This document shows positions 51,597 to 61,526 of a stretch of DNA of 64,000 nt, piece by piece. The position numbers were made by a program, and so were the translations under genes. Position 1 is the first letter of the stretch. Each line of letters opens with the position of its first letter. The DNA lies in contig CAMUON010000001.1 in NCBI GenBank assembly GCA_947090525.1, positions 388,473 through 452,472 on the forward strand, read 5' to 3'. Under the pieces are notes generated by a model that saw nothing but the letters and a program-made list of their open reading frames with translations, did no database searches and was not told where the DNA came from. The DNA is from an uncultured Atopobium sp. (GTDB lineage Bacteria; Actinomycetota; Coriobacteriia; Coriobacteriales; Atopobiaceae).

Positions 51597-52207
51597 TATG
51601 GAGGGTGAAGCGTATTGGGAAACTGAGAATTTTGGAAAAATTAGGCATTTCGGCGAAAAAAATTAGGGCTTTGAGCTGCGCTTGCATAAAACTTGCAGTA
51701 AGCTAGCGGATAATGCCGGTTTGGCAAGTTTGTGCGCGATTCAGATTTTGATATGGCATGTGCGAGCGGGTGCTTGAGGCGTTTTGCGCGCGAAGTTTGT
51801 GGTGCTTTTGTGCGCGGAGTCGCTACGGCTTTGTGCGGATGCATATACCACGGCCTTGTAGCCTGTACTCTTTTAAGACGATAACTTTTTGCACACATAC
51901 GCTTCGCGTCGTACTGCAGCTTTCCGCACTACAGTTTCGCGACGCAGGTTCGTACTGCAGCTTTCCGCATTAGGGGAGAGATATTCATGTATATGTGGTT
52001 TTATGCGTGCCATTACGTGAAACGTTGGTGGAGCTTTTTTTATGTTTACAAGCGGTTTATACTTTTGAACTGCGATTTTCTAGGAGCTGTGCGCTAGTTG
52101 TGAGTAATTCAAAATTTTTTGAGATTTGGTCTTGCACTTTCACCCAAAATTAGTCATGATTATCAAGCACGTTATTTGCGCGGCCACACGCGGCCTTGCG
52201 CGCCTAT

Positions 52208-52284
52208 GGTGGGTGTAGCTCAGTTGGGAGAGCGCCGGACCGTGGCTCCGGAGGTCGAGGGTTCGAGACCCTCTACCCACCCCA
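52208..52284 (+). tRNA. tRNA-His (anticodon GTG) with encoded G-1 and C73
   Basis: G-1:C73 extra pair (His identity element). Anticodon stem CCGGA/TCCGG, loop CCGTGGC, encoded CCA. Position 33 reads C (unusual); verify with tRNAscan-SE. Confidence 0.75.
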
Positions 52285-52314
52285 TGTTGCTTGTCAATGC
52301 GTGCGTTTTGGAAT

Positions 52315-52390
52315 GGGTCGTTAGCTCAGTTGGTAGAGCAGGGGACTCTTAATCCCAAGGTCGAGGGTTCGACCCCCTCACGACCCACCA
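52315..52390 (+). tRNA. tRNA-Lys (anticodon CTT)
   Basis: First 27 nt match the textbook bacterial tRNA-Lys (GGGTCGTTAGCTCAGTTGGTAGAGCAG). Loop CTCTTAA, encoded CCA. Confidence 0.85.
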
Positions 52391-52435
52391 TTCTTTTTTG
52401 ATTCCAGTCACCATATGTACTACGCGTGAGAAAGC

Positions 52436-52680
52436 GCGCGTGCGCGCCTGCTTAAGCTGGGTATGCATTGGCGCCAGTCTTTTTACGTACAAACCTTTTC
52501 TCCACACGGGGGCTTTTTGCTGCGCATGCGGGCTGGAAACCCCTAGTAGACTGTCCACGCGAACAATTCTTTACGACGTGCCGCACGAGCGAGGAAGCTG
52601 TTTTGTGGGAACGCGTTGCGGGTTTCCGCGTTCGCCGCAAAACCGTTAGCGAGCGCAGATGATTATGGAGCTTGTGGCCT
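52436..52680 (+). repeat. Island-flanking direct repeat, left copy (about 75% identical to 63228-63430)
   Basis: GCGCGCCTGCTTAAGCTGG...GGGGCTTTTTGCTGCGC...GCGCAGATGATT shared with the right copy. Confidence 0.55.
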
Positions 52681-52681
52681 T

Positions 52682-52878
52682 CCGCGCGAGCGTAGAAAAA
52701 AACGGGTTTTTATCTACCGTTTTGACCCGATTTTGACCAAAATCGAGCTCCTCCCGCACCGCCCAAAAAATCCCCGACGCGTTTACCTGCGTATATAAGA
52801 ATTTTAACTAATAAAAATAGTTGAATTATTGATATTTTGGTAGATAACAACCTGATTTTTTCTACGCTCTCCCGCGCG
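52682..52878 (+). mobile_element. 190-bp TIR element B, copy 1 (termini CCGCGCGAGCGTAGAAAAAAACGGG / GATTTTTTCTACGCTCTCCCGCGCGG)
   Basis: Terminal inverted repeats. Its AT-rich interior is the reverse complement of the interior of the copy at 63434-63626. Confidence 0.5.
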
Positions 52879-53112
52879 GTATATACCCCGATATATATGG
52901 AAACGCTGTGGTGTGGTCAGAGCTACATCACAGCGATTCCTATCCCTATACAACAGAATAACTCATTTACACGCTTTTGGTTCTATAGCCCTAATATCCC
53001 AATTTTTCCTTAAAAATCGCCGTTGGCCGAAATGCCGATGAGTTTCAAAATAACAGAAGTATACTTCCCTTATACTATTTGAGCTTTTGTAAAGAGATAT
53101 GGTATTCGAGAT

Positions 53113-53252
53113 AGACAAAAGCCCCTCAGATGAGGGGCTTGCATATTGCAAGATTGGTACCTACGTACCGCCATACAAAACGTAATGGCTTTTAAGGTTA
53201 AACCTTTATTTTGACTTGCAGTGTCACTTTGACTGGAATCAAAGCAAGGCCA
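53113..53252 (-). ncRNA. Predicted tracrRNA (antisense, upstream of cas9)
   Basis: The plus strand at 53207-53250 carries a degenerate repeat-like sequence (TTTTGACTTGCAGTGTCACTTTGACTGG-AATCAAAGC versus repeat TTTTGGAGCAGTGTCATTTTGACTGGTAATCAAAC), so a minus-strand transcript carries an anti-repeat. Minus-strand terminator GCAAGCCCCTCATCTGAGGGGC plus TTTTGT at 53113-53140. Confidence 0.55.
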
Positions 53253-53281
53253 TTGTAATACATTTAGGAGCGTGTAACAAG

Positions 53282-56200
53282 ATGAATTTACGTAAAGCCT
53301 CTGATTATAGTGTAGGACTTGACCTCGGGACTGGTTCGGTAGGTTGGTGTGCTGTAGATAACAATGGCTATCTTTATTCATTTAAGCGCAAGCCTACTTG
53401 GGGAAGTAGGGTTTATGATAGCGCAGCACCCGCAGCCGATGCACGTCAGTTTCGCAGCCTGCGCAGACGTTATGACAGAAGACGTCAGAGGATAAATCTA
53501 TTACAAGGGCTGTTTTCAGAGGAAATGAAACATGTAGACCCTGATTTTTTCATCCGCTTGAATCAATCGCAATTACTCAAAGAAGACAGAGATGAGACTT
53601 GTAAGGAATATGCATGTCCACTTTTTAAAACTGTTGCGGATGAAAAAGAGTATTACAAAACGTATCCAACGATTTACCATCTTCGCGCAGCTCTTATGCA
53701 TGCAAACCAGAAAATGGATTTGCGGTTAGTTTATCTAGCACTGCATAACATTGTTAAATATCGCGGTAACTTTTTGTATCAGGAATACGCTCATCTATCT
53801 GCAAAAGACGCAGGCTTATCCGAGCAATCTAGCAACTTTCTTACGAGTATTGAACATTTTGAAGACGATCGTTGTATAAGTTTTACTTATGATACCGCAG
53901 AAATTATTCATTTCCTGAATAATTTAAAGCCAACACGAGCACAAAATCGTGATGAATGGCAAAAGCTGTTTGTGTGTGAGGCAAGCGACGACATTCCTGG
54001 AAAACAGGCAAAAGACATCACTAAATGCATTGCTCAAGCAATATTCGGATATCAAGCTGATTTCTCAGCGCTATTTGGAACTGAAAAAGAAAAATCAAAG
54101 TTTACGTTATCTCAAGATGAAAAGGTTATGGCGTTCGAAGAGCTATGCCCCACAGAATTTCTGCCCTTATTTAACGCGCTTAAAGCAATGTATTCTGCAT
54201 ATCTTCTAACAACCATCATAAGAGGCTCCAATGGCGGCACAATTTCAAACGCAAAAATTGCTCAATATAATGCATATCACGATGACCTCGCAAAGCTTAA
54301 GAAGCTTGTGAAACGCATACTAGGCAAGGATGAGTACGATACATTCTTTCAGGGTGTATATTACAAGAATACCAAGTTGTACAACAAGCAAAAAGCAGAA
54401 GGATACACCGCTTACAACTTGGGCAAACTAAGCTACGATGAGTTCAAAAAAGACCTTAAAAAGTTGATTGAAAAACTCGAAAAAAGCGGGGTTTTGAGCG
54501 CTGAAGATGATGCGTGGGTACAGCAGATTCCTACTCGTGTGGACAACGAAGAATTTCTAAGACGGCTGAGAACGAGTGATAACGGTAGTATTCCTTATCA
54601 GTTACATCTTGAGGAAATGGACGCGATCATTAAAAACCAAGGCAAATACTATCCGTTCTTACTCAAAGAAAAAGACAAAATTGAGTCGCTTATAACGTTT
54701 AGGATTCCTTACTATGTAGGACCTCTTACTCTAAAAAATGCTGCACGCGATGCTTATGGTAAGACTCGCTTTGCATGGATACAAAAGAAAGAGGGCGCCG
54801 AAAAAACACGGATACTACCATGGAACTGGGAGGATGTTGTCGATAAACATGCAACGGCCGAAGCGTTTATTAGAAGAATGACTGGTAAATGTACTTATTT
54901 GTATGCTGAAGATGTACTTCCAAAGTGTTCACTTTTATATCAGAAGTTTTGTGCATATAACGAGCTAAATGGTATGCGCTGGACAACAGATAATGACCAG
55001 TATAATCGCTTTAGTGCCGACTACAGAGAGGGTGTTTATAACGATCTTTTTGTTAGGAGTAACGGAAAAGTTACGTACAAAAAGATAGAACACTGGCTCG
55101 AACAGCAAGGTGAATTGCACCCTCATGTAAAAGGCGGTCAGGGAGAAAACGGGCTTGAAAGCAGGCTTTCATCGTACCATTTCTTTAAAGATTTGCTCGA
55201 GTTTGATGTTCTTACAGCTCGGCAAGAAAAAGAAATCGAAAAGATTATTTTATGGAGCACCATCTTTGAAGATCGAACCATTTTGAAAGAAAAGCTCAAG
55301 GCTCAGTCGTTTCAAACTGAATTTACATCTGCGTTTAGTCGTGTTTTAACCGCAGAACAGATACAAAAAATTTGTAAAAAACGATTTACCGGCTGGGGCA
55401 AGCTTTCTAAAAAGCTGCTTACTGGTTTGTCTGTAGATATAGATGGTGAACGTCTTAACATTCTCGATTTGCTGATACACGGTGATGTAACAGATGGTCG
55501 TGCTGGCCGCGCGCTTATTTTTCAAGAGATTGTGACCATGAAGCAATTTAAGGAAGCAATATCAAAAACAAACGAAGAAGCGCTTTCGAAATGCATAATT
55601 GATATAGACGACCTACCTTGCTCACCAGCAGATAAACGCACGGTCAACCAGGCACTTCGCGTGGTAGATGAAATTGCGTCTATTGCTAGTTGCGCGCCCT
55701 CACGAATTTTTATTGAGGTCACACGAGAGGAGGATACAAAAAATAAAGGCAAACGTACAGACAAGCGCACTTCAAAGCTCGAAATGGGGCTCAAAAAGCT
55801 TCGTGACAGCGAGGACACCAAGGCCATTCTCGCAGAACTTTCTGCTCATAAAAATCTAGATGAAAAACTCACGCTATACTTTGCACAAAATGGAAAATCA
55901 CTGTATTCGGGCACGCCACTAGATATTAACGAGCTTTCGCATTATCAGGTAGATCATATAATTCCACAATCATATATAAAAGACGACAGCATAGACAACA
56001 AGGCACTTGTACTTGCAAGCGAAAACCAGCGTAAGAGTGACAGCTTACTCCTAGATGATAGTATTCGCAGAAAGATGAGCAATACTTGGACCGCGCTATT
56101 TAAGGCGGGTCTTATGAGCGAAAAGAAATTCAATAATTTGAAGTGCTCAAGCATTACAGATCGTCGGCTAAAATCGTTCATCAATCGGCAGCTGGTAGAA

Positions 56201-57484
56201 ACGAGCCAAATTTGTAAGTATGCCATGCAACTATTTAAAGCAAAGTACCCACATTGCGAGGTTATACCAGTTAAGGCGGGCATATCTTCTGGTATTCGCC
56301 ATACATGGAACATTGCTAAGTGCCGTGAGGCAAATGATTACCACCATGCGCACGATGCATATTTAGCGTGTGAGGTAGGGCGTTTTATACAGCTTCATTA
56401 TCCAAAAATTTATAGCAACCCAACGGCATACAACAAAGAAGTGCGTGGTCTTATACAGTCAAATATTGTACACAGCGCTAGTGAGGGGAATGGCAGATAT
56501 AGACTGCCGGGTGACTCAGGGTGGCTTACCTATAGTTTTGCGCATAAAAAGACCTCTGCGTGGGATTGTGATGCTGAGCGAGATCGTCTGCTAAAGTATG
56601 TTGACTACCCTGACTGCCATATCACGCGCATGGCATATATAGAAACGGGTGCATTTTGGGATCAGACACTTTATTCGCCTCATGCTGGGAAAAAAGATCT
56701 TATACCTCTCAAGAAACATCTTGACACTCATAAGTACGGCGGGTATTCAAGTAAAAAATACGCACTATTTTTCGTATATTCTTTGCAGAAGAAAAAAGGC
56801 AACAAGGAATATTGTTTATCCGGCTTACCCATAGCTACACTTGCGGAAGCCACTCATAACACAACAGGTAAAATCGATATGGATCGACTCATTCAACTTG
56901 AAGAACAATCTATTCAACTTGAAAAGCAACTTATCACAACTCATCATGCGCCTATCCAGATAGTACAGCCAATCGTGTATAAAAATCAGCTTATCGAATT
57001 TAAAGGGAGACGAGAAATAATTACAGGTAAAAAGGAACGAAGAAATGCTCGGGAACTTGCATTTAAGCAGCAGCATATGCGTTTGCTCAAGATGTGGGAT
57101 GGTGATCTTAAAGGGAAGTATCGTGAGAAAAAAGAAGGCGTTGACGAAGATTGTCTACTCAACGAGATGTTCGATTTGATATTAGAAAAGACGTCTCACT
57201 ATGCACCTATGTTGCATAAAAGACTACTAGACATCGTAAATGCAAACGCGAATGACTATTCACGTATCGAAATGATCTTTGCTGCAATTAAAGATCAAAA
57301 TGATAAAAAAGCTGTCTTGTTTAACATCATTAGCAATGCAAATGCAAATAAAAACATGATTGACTTGACGGCTATTGGGGGAAGTGCAAATTTCGGAGCA
57401 ATTAAAGATCAGCCTAAACAATTTGACATTATTGAACAATCAGTAACAGGTATGTTTGAGAAAAGGATTCACATTGGGATTTAG
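53282..57484 (+). CDS. cas9: Type II-A CRISPR-associated endonuclease Cas9 (about 1400 aa)
   Basis: RuvC-I (YSVGLDLGTGSVGWCAV), Arg-rich bridge helix (RRRYDRRRQRI), HNH (YQVDHIIPQS...N...S). Local GC about 40% versus the higher-GC flanks. Confidence 0.9.
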   Translation: MNLRKASDYSVGLDLGTGSVGWCAVDNNGYLYSFKRKPTWGSRVYDSAAPAADARQFRSLRRRYDRRRQRINLLQGLFSEEMKHVDPDFFIRLNQSQLLKEDRDETCKEYACPLFKTVADEKEYYKTYPTIYHLRAALMHANQKMDLRLVYLALHNIVKYRGNFLYQEYAHLSAKDAGLSEQSSNFLTSIEHFEDDRCISFTYDTAEIIHFLNNLKPTRAQNRDEWQKLFVCEASDDIPGKQAKDITKCIAQAIFGYQADFSALFGTEKEKSKFTLSQDEKVMAFEELCPTEFLPLFNALKAMYSAYLLTTIIRGSNGGTISNAKIAQYNAYHDDLAKLKKLVKRILGKDEYDTFFQGVYYKNTKLYNKQKAEGYTAYNLGKLSYDEFKKDLKKLIEKLEKSGVLSAEDDAWVQQIPTRVDNEEFLRRLRTSDNGSIPYQLHLEEMDAIIKNQGKYYPFLLKEKDKIESLITFRIPYYVGPLTLKNAARDAYGKTRFAWIQKKEGAEKTRILPWNWEDVVDKHATAEAFIRRMTGKCTYLYAEDVLPKCSLLYQKFCAYNELNGMRWTTDNDQYNRFSADYREGVYNDLFVRSNGKVTYKKIEHWLEQQGELHPHVKGGQGENGLESRLSSYHFFKDLLEFDVLTARQEKEIEKIILWSTIFEDRTILKEKLKAQSFQTEFTSAFSRVLTAEQIQKICKKRFTGWGKLSKKLLTGLSVDIDGERLNILDLLIHGDVTDGRAGRALIFQEIVTMKQFKEAISKTNEEALSKCIIDIDDLPCSPADKRTVNQALRVVDEIASIASCAPSRIFIEVTREEDTKNKGKRTDKRTSKLEMGLKKLRDSEDTKAILAELSAHKNLDEKLTLYFAQNGKSLYSGTPLDINELSHYQVDHIIPQSYIKDDSIDNKALVLASENQRKSDSLLLDDSIRRKMSNTWTALFKAGLMSEKKFNNLKCSSITDRRLKSFINRQLVETSQICKYAMQLFKAKYPHCEVIPVKAGISSGIRHTWNIAKCREANDYHHAHDAYLACEVGRFIQLHYPKIYSNPTAYNKEVRGLIQSNIVHSASEGNGRYRLPGDSGWLTYSFAHKKTSAWDCDAERDRLLKYVDYPDCHITRMAYIETGAFWDQTLYSPHAGKKDLIPLKKHLDTHKYGGYSSKKYALFFVYSLQKKKGNKEYCLSGLPIATLAEATHNTTGKIDMDRLIQLEEQSIQLEKQLITTHHAPIQIVQPIVYKNQLIEFKGRREIITGKKERRNARELAFKQQHMRLLKMWDGDLKGKYREKKEGVDEDCLLNEMFDLILEKTSHYAPMLHKRLLDIVNANANDYSRIEMIFAAIKDQNDKKAVLFNIISNANANKNMIDLTAIGGSANFGAIKDQPKQFDIIEQSVTGMFEKRIHIGI

Positions 57485-58355
57485 AACTGTCATCCTCAAT
57501 ACTCCCTGTCGATGCACCTATCAAGGTGGGTACCTGGTTGTTCGTCAAGAGGACAAGCAGCCGCGGGTTCACCTTGGTGAGATTTCATCTATTATGCTTG
57601 GTACCGAGCAGATATTCCTAAGTGCGTATTTGCTTGCTGAGCTCGCAAAACTTAAAATTCCTGTAATTGTTACTGACGAAAAGCATAACCCCGTGGGTGA
57701 ATACTTACCCCTCTATGGCGCGCATAACTGCTCAAAATGTATGCTTGAGCAGCTCGCATGGGGCGAAGTGATAAAAAAACAAGTATGGCGCAGCATTGTT
57801 CAACACAAAATACTGCAACAGAGTTCCATGCTCGCTTATCTTGGCTACTCGGATGCAGCGAAAACATTGGAAGAATATGCCTCAAAAACAAAATCCGGCG
57901 ATACTACCAAAAGAGAAGCCGTGGCCGCTCGACTGTATTTCCTGACACTGTTTGGATCTGAGTTTACAAGAGATCAAAACACTCCTTTGAATGCCTGTTT
58001 GAACTATGGATATGCCATTCTATTGGCGCATGCAAACAGAGAAATTGTGTCTCACGGATATCTCACGCAACTCGGTATTTTTCACCGCAGCGAATTTAAT
58101 CACTTTAATTTGGCGTGTGACCTTATAGAGCCGTTCCGGCCGCTTATCGATAAAATTGTATGTGAACATTTTGCACAGAATTTCGATAATGATATACGAC
58201 ATGCGCTTTGTGGTTTCGTGGATTATCAGCTGTTCTATATGAACGGTAGATACAAAGCGGCGTCTGTAATTAAGTCGTACATATCAGACTGTTTAGCTGC
58301 ACTCAACAAAGAGAAACTTCCTGCCGAAATTAAGCCATTTGGGTTCATACTATGA
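57456..58355 (+). CDS. cas1: CRISPR-associated integrase Cas1 (type II); possible TTG start at about 57474 giving MGFRTV
   Basis: Collinear with streptococcal type II-A Cas1 (GFRTVILN...YLPLYG...LNYGYAILLA...IEPFRPLIDK). Confidence 0.85.
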   Translation: MRKGFTLGFRTVILNTPCRCTYQGGYLVVRQEDKQPRVHLGEISSIMLGTEQIFLSAYLLAELAKLKIPVIVTDEKHNPVGEYLPLYGAHNCSKCMLEQLAWGEVIKKQVWRSIVQHKILQQSSMLAYLGYSDAAKTLEEYASKTKSGDTTKREAVAARLYFLTLFGSEFTRDQNTPLNACLNYGYAILLAHANREIVSHGYLTQLGIFHRSEFNHFNLACDLIEPFRPLIDKIVCEHFAQNFDNDIRHALCGFVDYQLFYMNGRYKAASVIKSYISDCLAALNKEKLPAEIKPFGFIL

Positions 58356-58684
58356 ATACGACAAGGATACGGTTTATGAGGTTGATAGTATTTTTTGATC
58401 TACCCATGGAGACCCATGCTCAGAAAAAGTCTTACACGGATTTTAGGAGATTTTTATTGCATGATGGCTATCTCATGATGCAAAAGTCTGTTTATGTCAA
58501 GCTCATTATCAATGAGCAAAATGCTTCGGCAGTCATTGCGCGCTTAAAACTTCATAAGCCGCAGTATGGCTTGGTTCAGTTACTGAAGGTGACCGAAAAG
58601 CAATACGCCAACATAGAATATGTTTGCGGTAACTCTAGCTCACAAAATATGGTTGAAACTCTGGAAAGCTTACTTATATTATGA
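58352..58684 (+). CDS. cas2: CRISPR-associated endoribonuclease Cas2
   Basis: IRFMRLIVFFDLPMET...KSYTDFRRFLLHDGYLMMQKSVY matches the canonical Cas2 N-terminus. Overlaps the cas1 stop. Confidence 0.85.
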   Translation: MNTTRIRFMRLIVFFDLPMETHAQKKSYTDFRRFLLHDGYLMMQKSVYVKLIINEQNASAVIARLKLHKPQYGLVQLLKVTEKQYANIEYVCGNSSSQNMVETLESLLIL

Positions 58685-59364
58685 ACATACGTTTTAGTGG
58701 CTTATCGAAAATAATTGACCTGAAGAAAGGGCATCCATTTTTTGTCTGTGTTGAGAACCGCCATCTTTATGCCAGATTTATATATTCACTTTTATCTGCA
58801 GCAGGAGAAGAGTCGCCTGAGCCATATACCTTGTGGAACGATAATGATGAAAAGCTCCAGCCCAAAAATCACTTTCTGTGGGTGACCGATCCCTTTCATC
58901 TGCCTTTCGAAAACAAGCTTCTAATGGGTGAAGTACTCAACGGAATTGCAAGCAGCATTGATGATGGCTTTGAAACCCAGGAAGAGTTTAAAGATATAAC
59001 GAGACAGTTATACAAGCTTTTTCTGTTGGAAACGTATCAGTATAAAGGTAATTATGCTATTTCACCTGATGTTGACATTCACAAGATTCTCAAGCTCATG
59101 AGTTTTTCTCCAGACACGTCCCGGGACAATAATTTTCTAGATGAGCTAATCAACTTTATACATATTGCCAGAGACGCATCTCTGATTCAGCCAATCGTTT
59201 TTGTGGGAATTTGTTCTTTTTTGACTGTTAAAGAGATAGAATTATTGCTAGAAGAGATAAAAAATTCTTGTTTATGCGTGCTGTTTTTTGAAAATCGAAT
59301 TCCCTGTGATGCTGTTTATGAAGAAGAGCATATACTACTTGACCTGGATTTTCTTGAGAGTTAA
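58681..59364 (+). CDS. csn2: Csn2 (type II-A signature protein)
   Basis: 227 aa immediately after cas2 and before the array. Architecture like the short-form Csn2. Confidence 0.75.
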   Translation: MNIRFSGLSKIIDLKKGHPFFVCVENRHLYARFIYSLLSAAGEESPEPYTLWNDNDEKLQPKNHFLWVTDPFHLPFENKLLMGEVLNGIASSIDDGFETQEEFKDITRQLYKLFLLETYQYKGNYAISPDVDIHKILKLMSFSPDTSRDNNFLDELINFIHIARDASLIQPIVFVGICSFLTVKEIELLLEEIKNSCLCVLFFENRIPCDAVYEEEHILLDLDFLES

Positions 59365-59419
59365 GTAGGAAAAACCAGCTAAGATGGCCGTTCCCTCGCA
59401 GTGGGAAATTTGTTTCAAG

Positions 59420-60639
59420 GTTTTGGAGCAGTGTCATTTTGACTGGTAATCAAACTCTTGGGCTTACTATTACATTTAAGGCTGTGTTTTGGAGCAGTGT
59501 CATTTTGACTGGTAATCAAACGTGCTGCTTCTTTTTAAGCGAACTTATACCGTTTTGGAGCAGTGTCATTTTGACTGGTAATCAAACTATTGATTCTGAG
59601 GGTATGATTCATGTTGCGTTTTGGAGCAGTGTCATTTTGACTGGTAATCAAACTTAGTGTAAACTACGCCAGTGGTGTCGTTAGTTTTGGAGCAGTGTCA
59701 TTTTGACTGGTAATCAAACCAACGCTTATAGCGTAGTATGTAATGTGTGTTTTGGAGCAGTGTCATTTTGACTGGTAATCAAACAAGAAGCAGCACAACG
59801 ACACGAACGCGCTCGTTTTGGAGCAGTGTCATTTTGACTGGTAATCAAACATATTGCTACGAGGTATTATACGGTCGCGAGTTTTGGAGCAGTGTCATTT
59901 TGACTGGTAATCAAACCATCAACGCTATCTTTGGAGTGAACGTTACGTTTTGGAGCAGTGTCATTTTGACTGGTAATCAAACTGCGTTCGACGTGATCGA
60001 TTCGCTCGGGTTGTTTTGGAGCAGTGTCATTTTGACTGGTAATCAAACTATAAAGTGCATTATCAAGCCATTCACCTTGTTTTGGAGCAGTGTCATTTTG
60101 ACTGGTAATCAAACAGAATGTACCACGACGAGGAGAACGCGCAGTTTTGGAGCAGTGTCATTTTGACTGGTAATCAAACGCGAGGCCGTAGACCTTGAGG
60201 AAGCGACGGTTTTGGAGCAGTGTCATTTTGACTGGTAATCAAACCAGCGGACCTGATTTTATTCGGCTTATAGTGTTTTGGAGCAGTGTCATTTTGACTG
60301 GTAATCAAACCCGTCGGGTTGGCATACGATACCGAGTTCAGTTTTGGAGCAGTGTCATTTTGACTGGTAATCAAACGCGAGGCCGTAGACCTTGAGGAAG
60401 CGACGGTTTTGGAGCAGTGTCATTTTGACTGGTAATCAAACCAGCGGACCTGATTTTATTCGGCTTATAGTGTTTTGGAGCAGTGTCATTTTGACTGGTA
60501 ATCAAACCCGTCGGGTTGGCATACGATACCGAGTTCAGTTTTGGAGCAGTGTCATTTTGACTGGTAATCAAACTCTTGGTGCAAAATGTCTTTGAATGTG
60601 GTTGTTTTGGAGCAGTGTCATTTTGACTGGGGAATATCC
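59420..60639 (+). CRISPR. CRISPR array: 19 copies of the 36-bp repeat GTTTTGGAGCAGTGTCATTTTGACTGGTAATCAAAC, 18 spacers (29-31 bp), terminal repeat degenerate/truncated; leader 59365-59419
   Basis: Repeat starts at 59420, 59486, 59552, 59618, 59684, 59749, 59815, 59881, 59947, 60013, 60079, 60144, 60209, 60275, 60341, 60406, 60472, 60538 and 60604. Spacers 12-14 are exactly duplicated as 15-17. Confidence 0.95.
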
Positions 60640-60709
60640 ATTGACCTTATCATATATAACGAAGGTTATCATAATATATAACAACAACCTGAAACCAAAA
60701 GAGCCGGAT

Positions 60710-60796
60710 ATGGATCAGGTTGTTGTAATGTTTTTTATCAGCTTCTTATCAAATTTTTTAGCGGTAGTGTTAGCTGATGCAATCCGCAAGAAATAA
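60710..60796 (+). CDS. Small hydrophobic peptide (28 aa, MDQVVVMFFISFLSNFLAVVLADAIRKK); paralogue of 61527-61622
   Basis: Single predicted TM helix with C-terminal RKK. Same overall architecture as peptide B. Confidence 0.3.
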   Translation: MDQVVVMFFISFLSNFLAVVLADAIRKK

Positions 60797-60977
60797 AGAC
60801 AAGCTGATAGTATAGGTGAGGCGTGTTGACAGCGCGCCTTATTCTCATCCTACCAGATTAGGGGATGAGAATTGTAGAGCTCATAGGAATTTTGTTGGAC
60901 ACTCTCACGAGCTATAGAGCTTACCATTGGCAGGCTTGTTATGTATGGTTTTACCACAAAAGGAAGGAGCATGAGAC

Positions 60978-61166
60978 ATGGCGACAGAAGCAAGACTAAG
61001 AGCAAATAATAACTACGTTAAACACAACGTAAAGAAAGTATCAATAGCGTTTTATCCAAAAGACAAAGAAATGTATGCATGGGTCGCGCAACACCCTAGC
61101 AAGGCTGGTTATATTCGCGAGCTCATAGTAAAAGACATGCAGGCGAAAAGAGACAGCCAACATTAA
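60978..61166 (+). CDS. Ribbon-helix-helix (CopG/Arc/MetJ-like) small protein, paralogue 1 (62 aa)
   Basis: AAGGAAGGAG RBS. KKVSIAFYPKDKEMYAWV...YIRELIVKDM fits the RHH strand-helix-helix pattern. Paralogous to 61622-61819. Confidence 0.5.
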   Translation: MATEARLRANNNYVKHNVKKVSIAFYPKDKEMYAWVAQHPSKAGYIRELIVKDMQAKRDSQH

Positions 61167-61211
61167 AAAAGCTTGTATAAGCGTACAGCATGCATAACAA
61201 GTTTATAGAGA

Positions 61212-61246
61212 GGGCGGACGGTCATAATACGTTCGCCCTTTTTGTT
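61212..61246 (+). terminator. Rho-independent terminator (GGGCGGAC...GTTCGCCC plus T-run) after RHH paralogue 1
   Basis: GC stem followed by TTTTTGTTT. Confidence 0.55.
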
Positions 61247-61328
61247 TGTGTGTGCATTAACGTGCATACACTGGTACGATATAGAGTAGGTAGTATAATA
61301 ATAAGCAGCAAGAAAGGAGGTGGTTAAA

Positions 61329-61466
61329 TTGGACACCGAAGCACTCTTGCTGAACCTTTTATGCTCGGTTCTTGGTGGTTTGATTATTGAGCTACTGAAA
61401 TTGGGTATAAAAGAAGCTCCAAAGCTTAAGCTAGGGAAAGCAAAGAAAGCAAAGGAGCGAAAGTAA
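61329..61466 (+). CDS. Small peptide A (45 aa, TTG start): hydrophobic helix plus Lys-rich tail (…LGKAKKAKERK)
   Basis: Strong AAAGGAGG RBS 8 nt upstream of the TTG. Confidence 0.3.
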   Translation: MDTEALLLNLLCSVLGGLIIELLKLGIKEAPKLKLGKAKKAKERK

Positions 61467-61526
61467 CAAAGATGCTGGGGAGTTCGCTCCTCAGCGTCTT
61501 ACGTACAGTATAAAGGGGTGATTGCC

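Noticed and set aside
53207-53250. Degenerate repeat-like sequence upstream of cas9 as a stray CRISPR repeat or second array
   Set aside because: Single copy with no spacer periodicity. Better explained as the template for the tracrRNA anti-repeat on the opposite strand.
59720-59748. Spacer 5 as a functional self-targeting spacer
   Set aside because: The PAM-proximal 8 nt are mostly mismatched to the internal site (3/8), so cleavage is unlikely. Recorded instead as a footprint of relatedness.
59439-60595. Several 66-139-aa ORFs on both strands translating to FWSSVILTGNQT-type peptides
   Set aside because: They are readings through the CRISPR repeats; the periodic peptide reflects the 66-bp repeat-spacer period.
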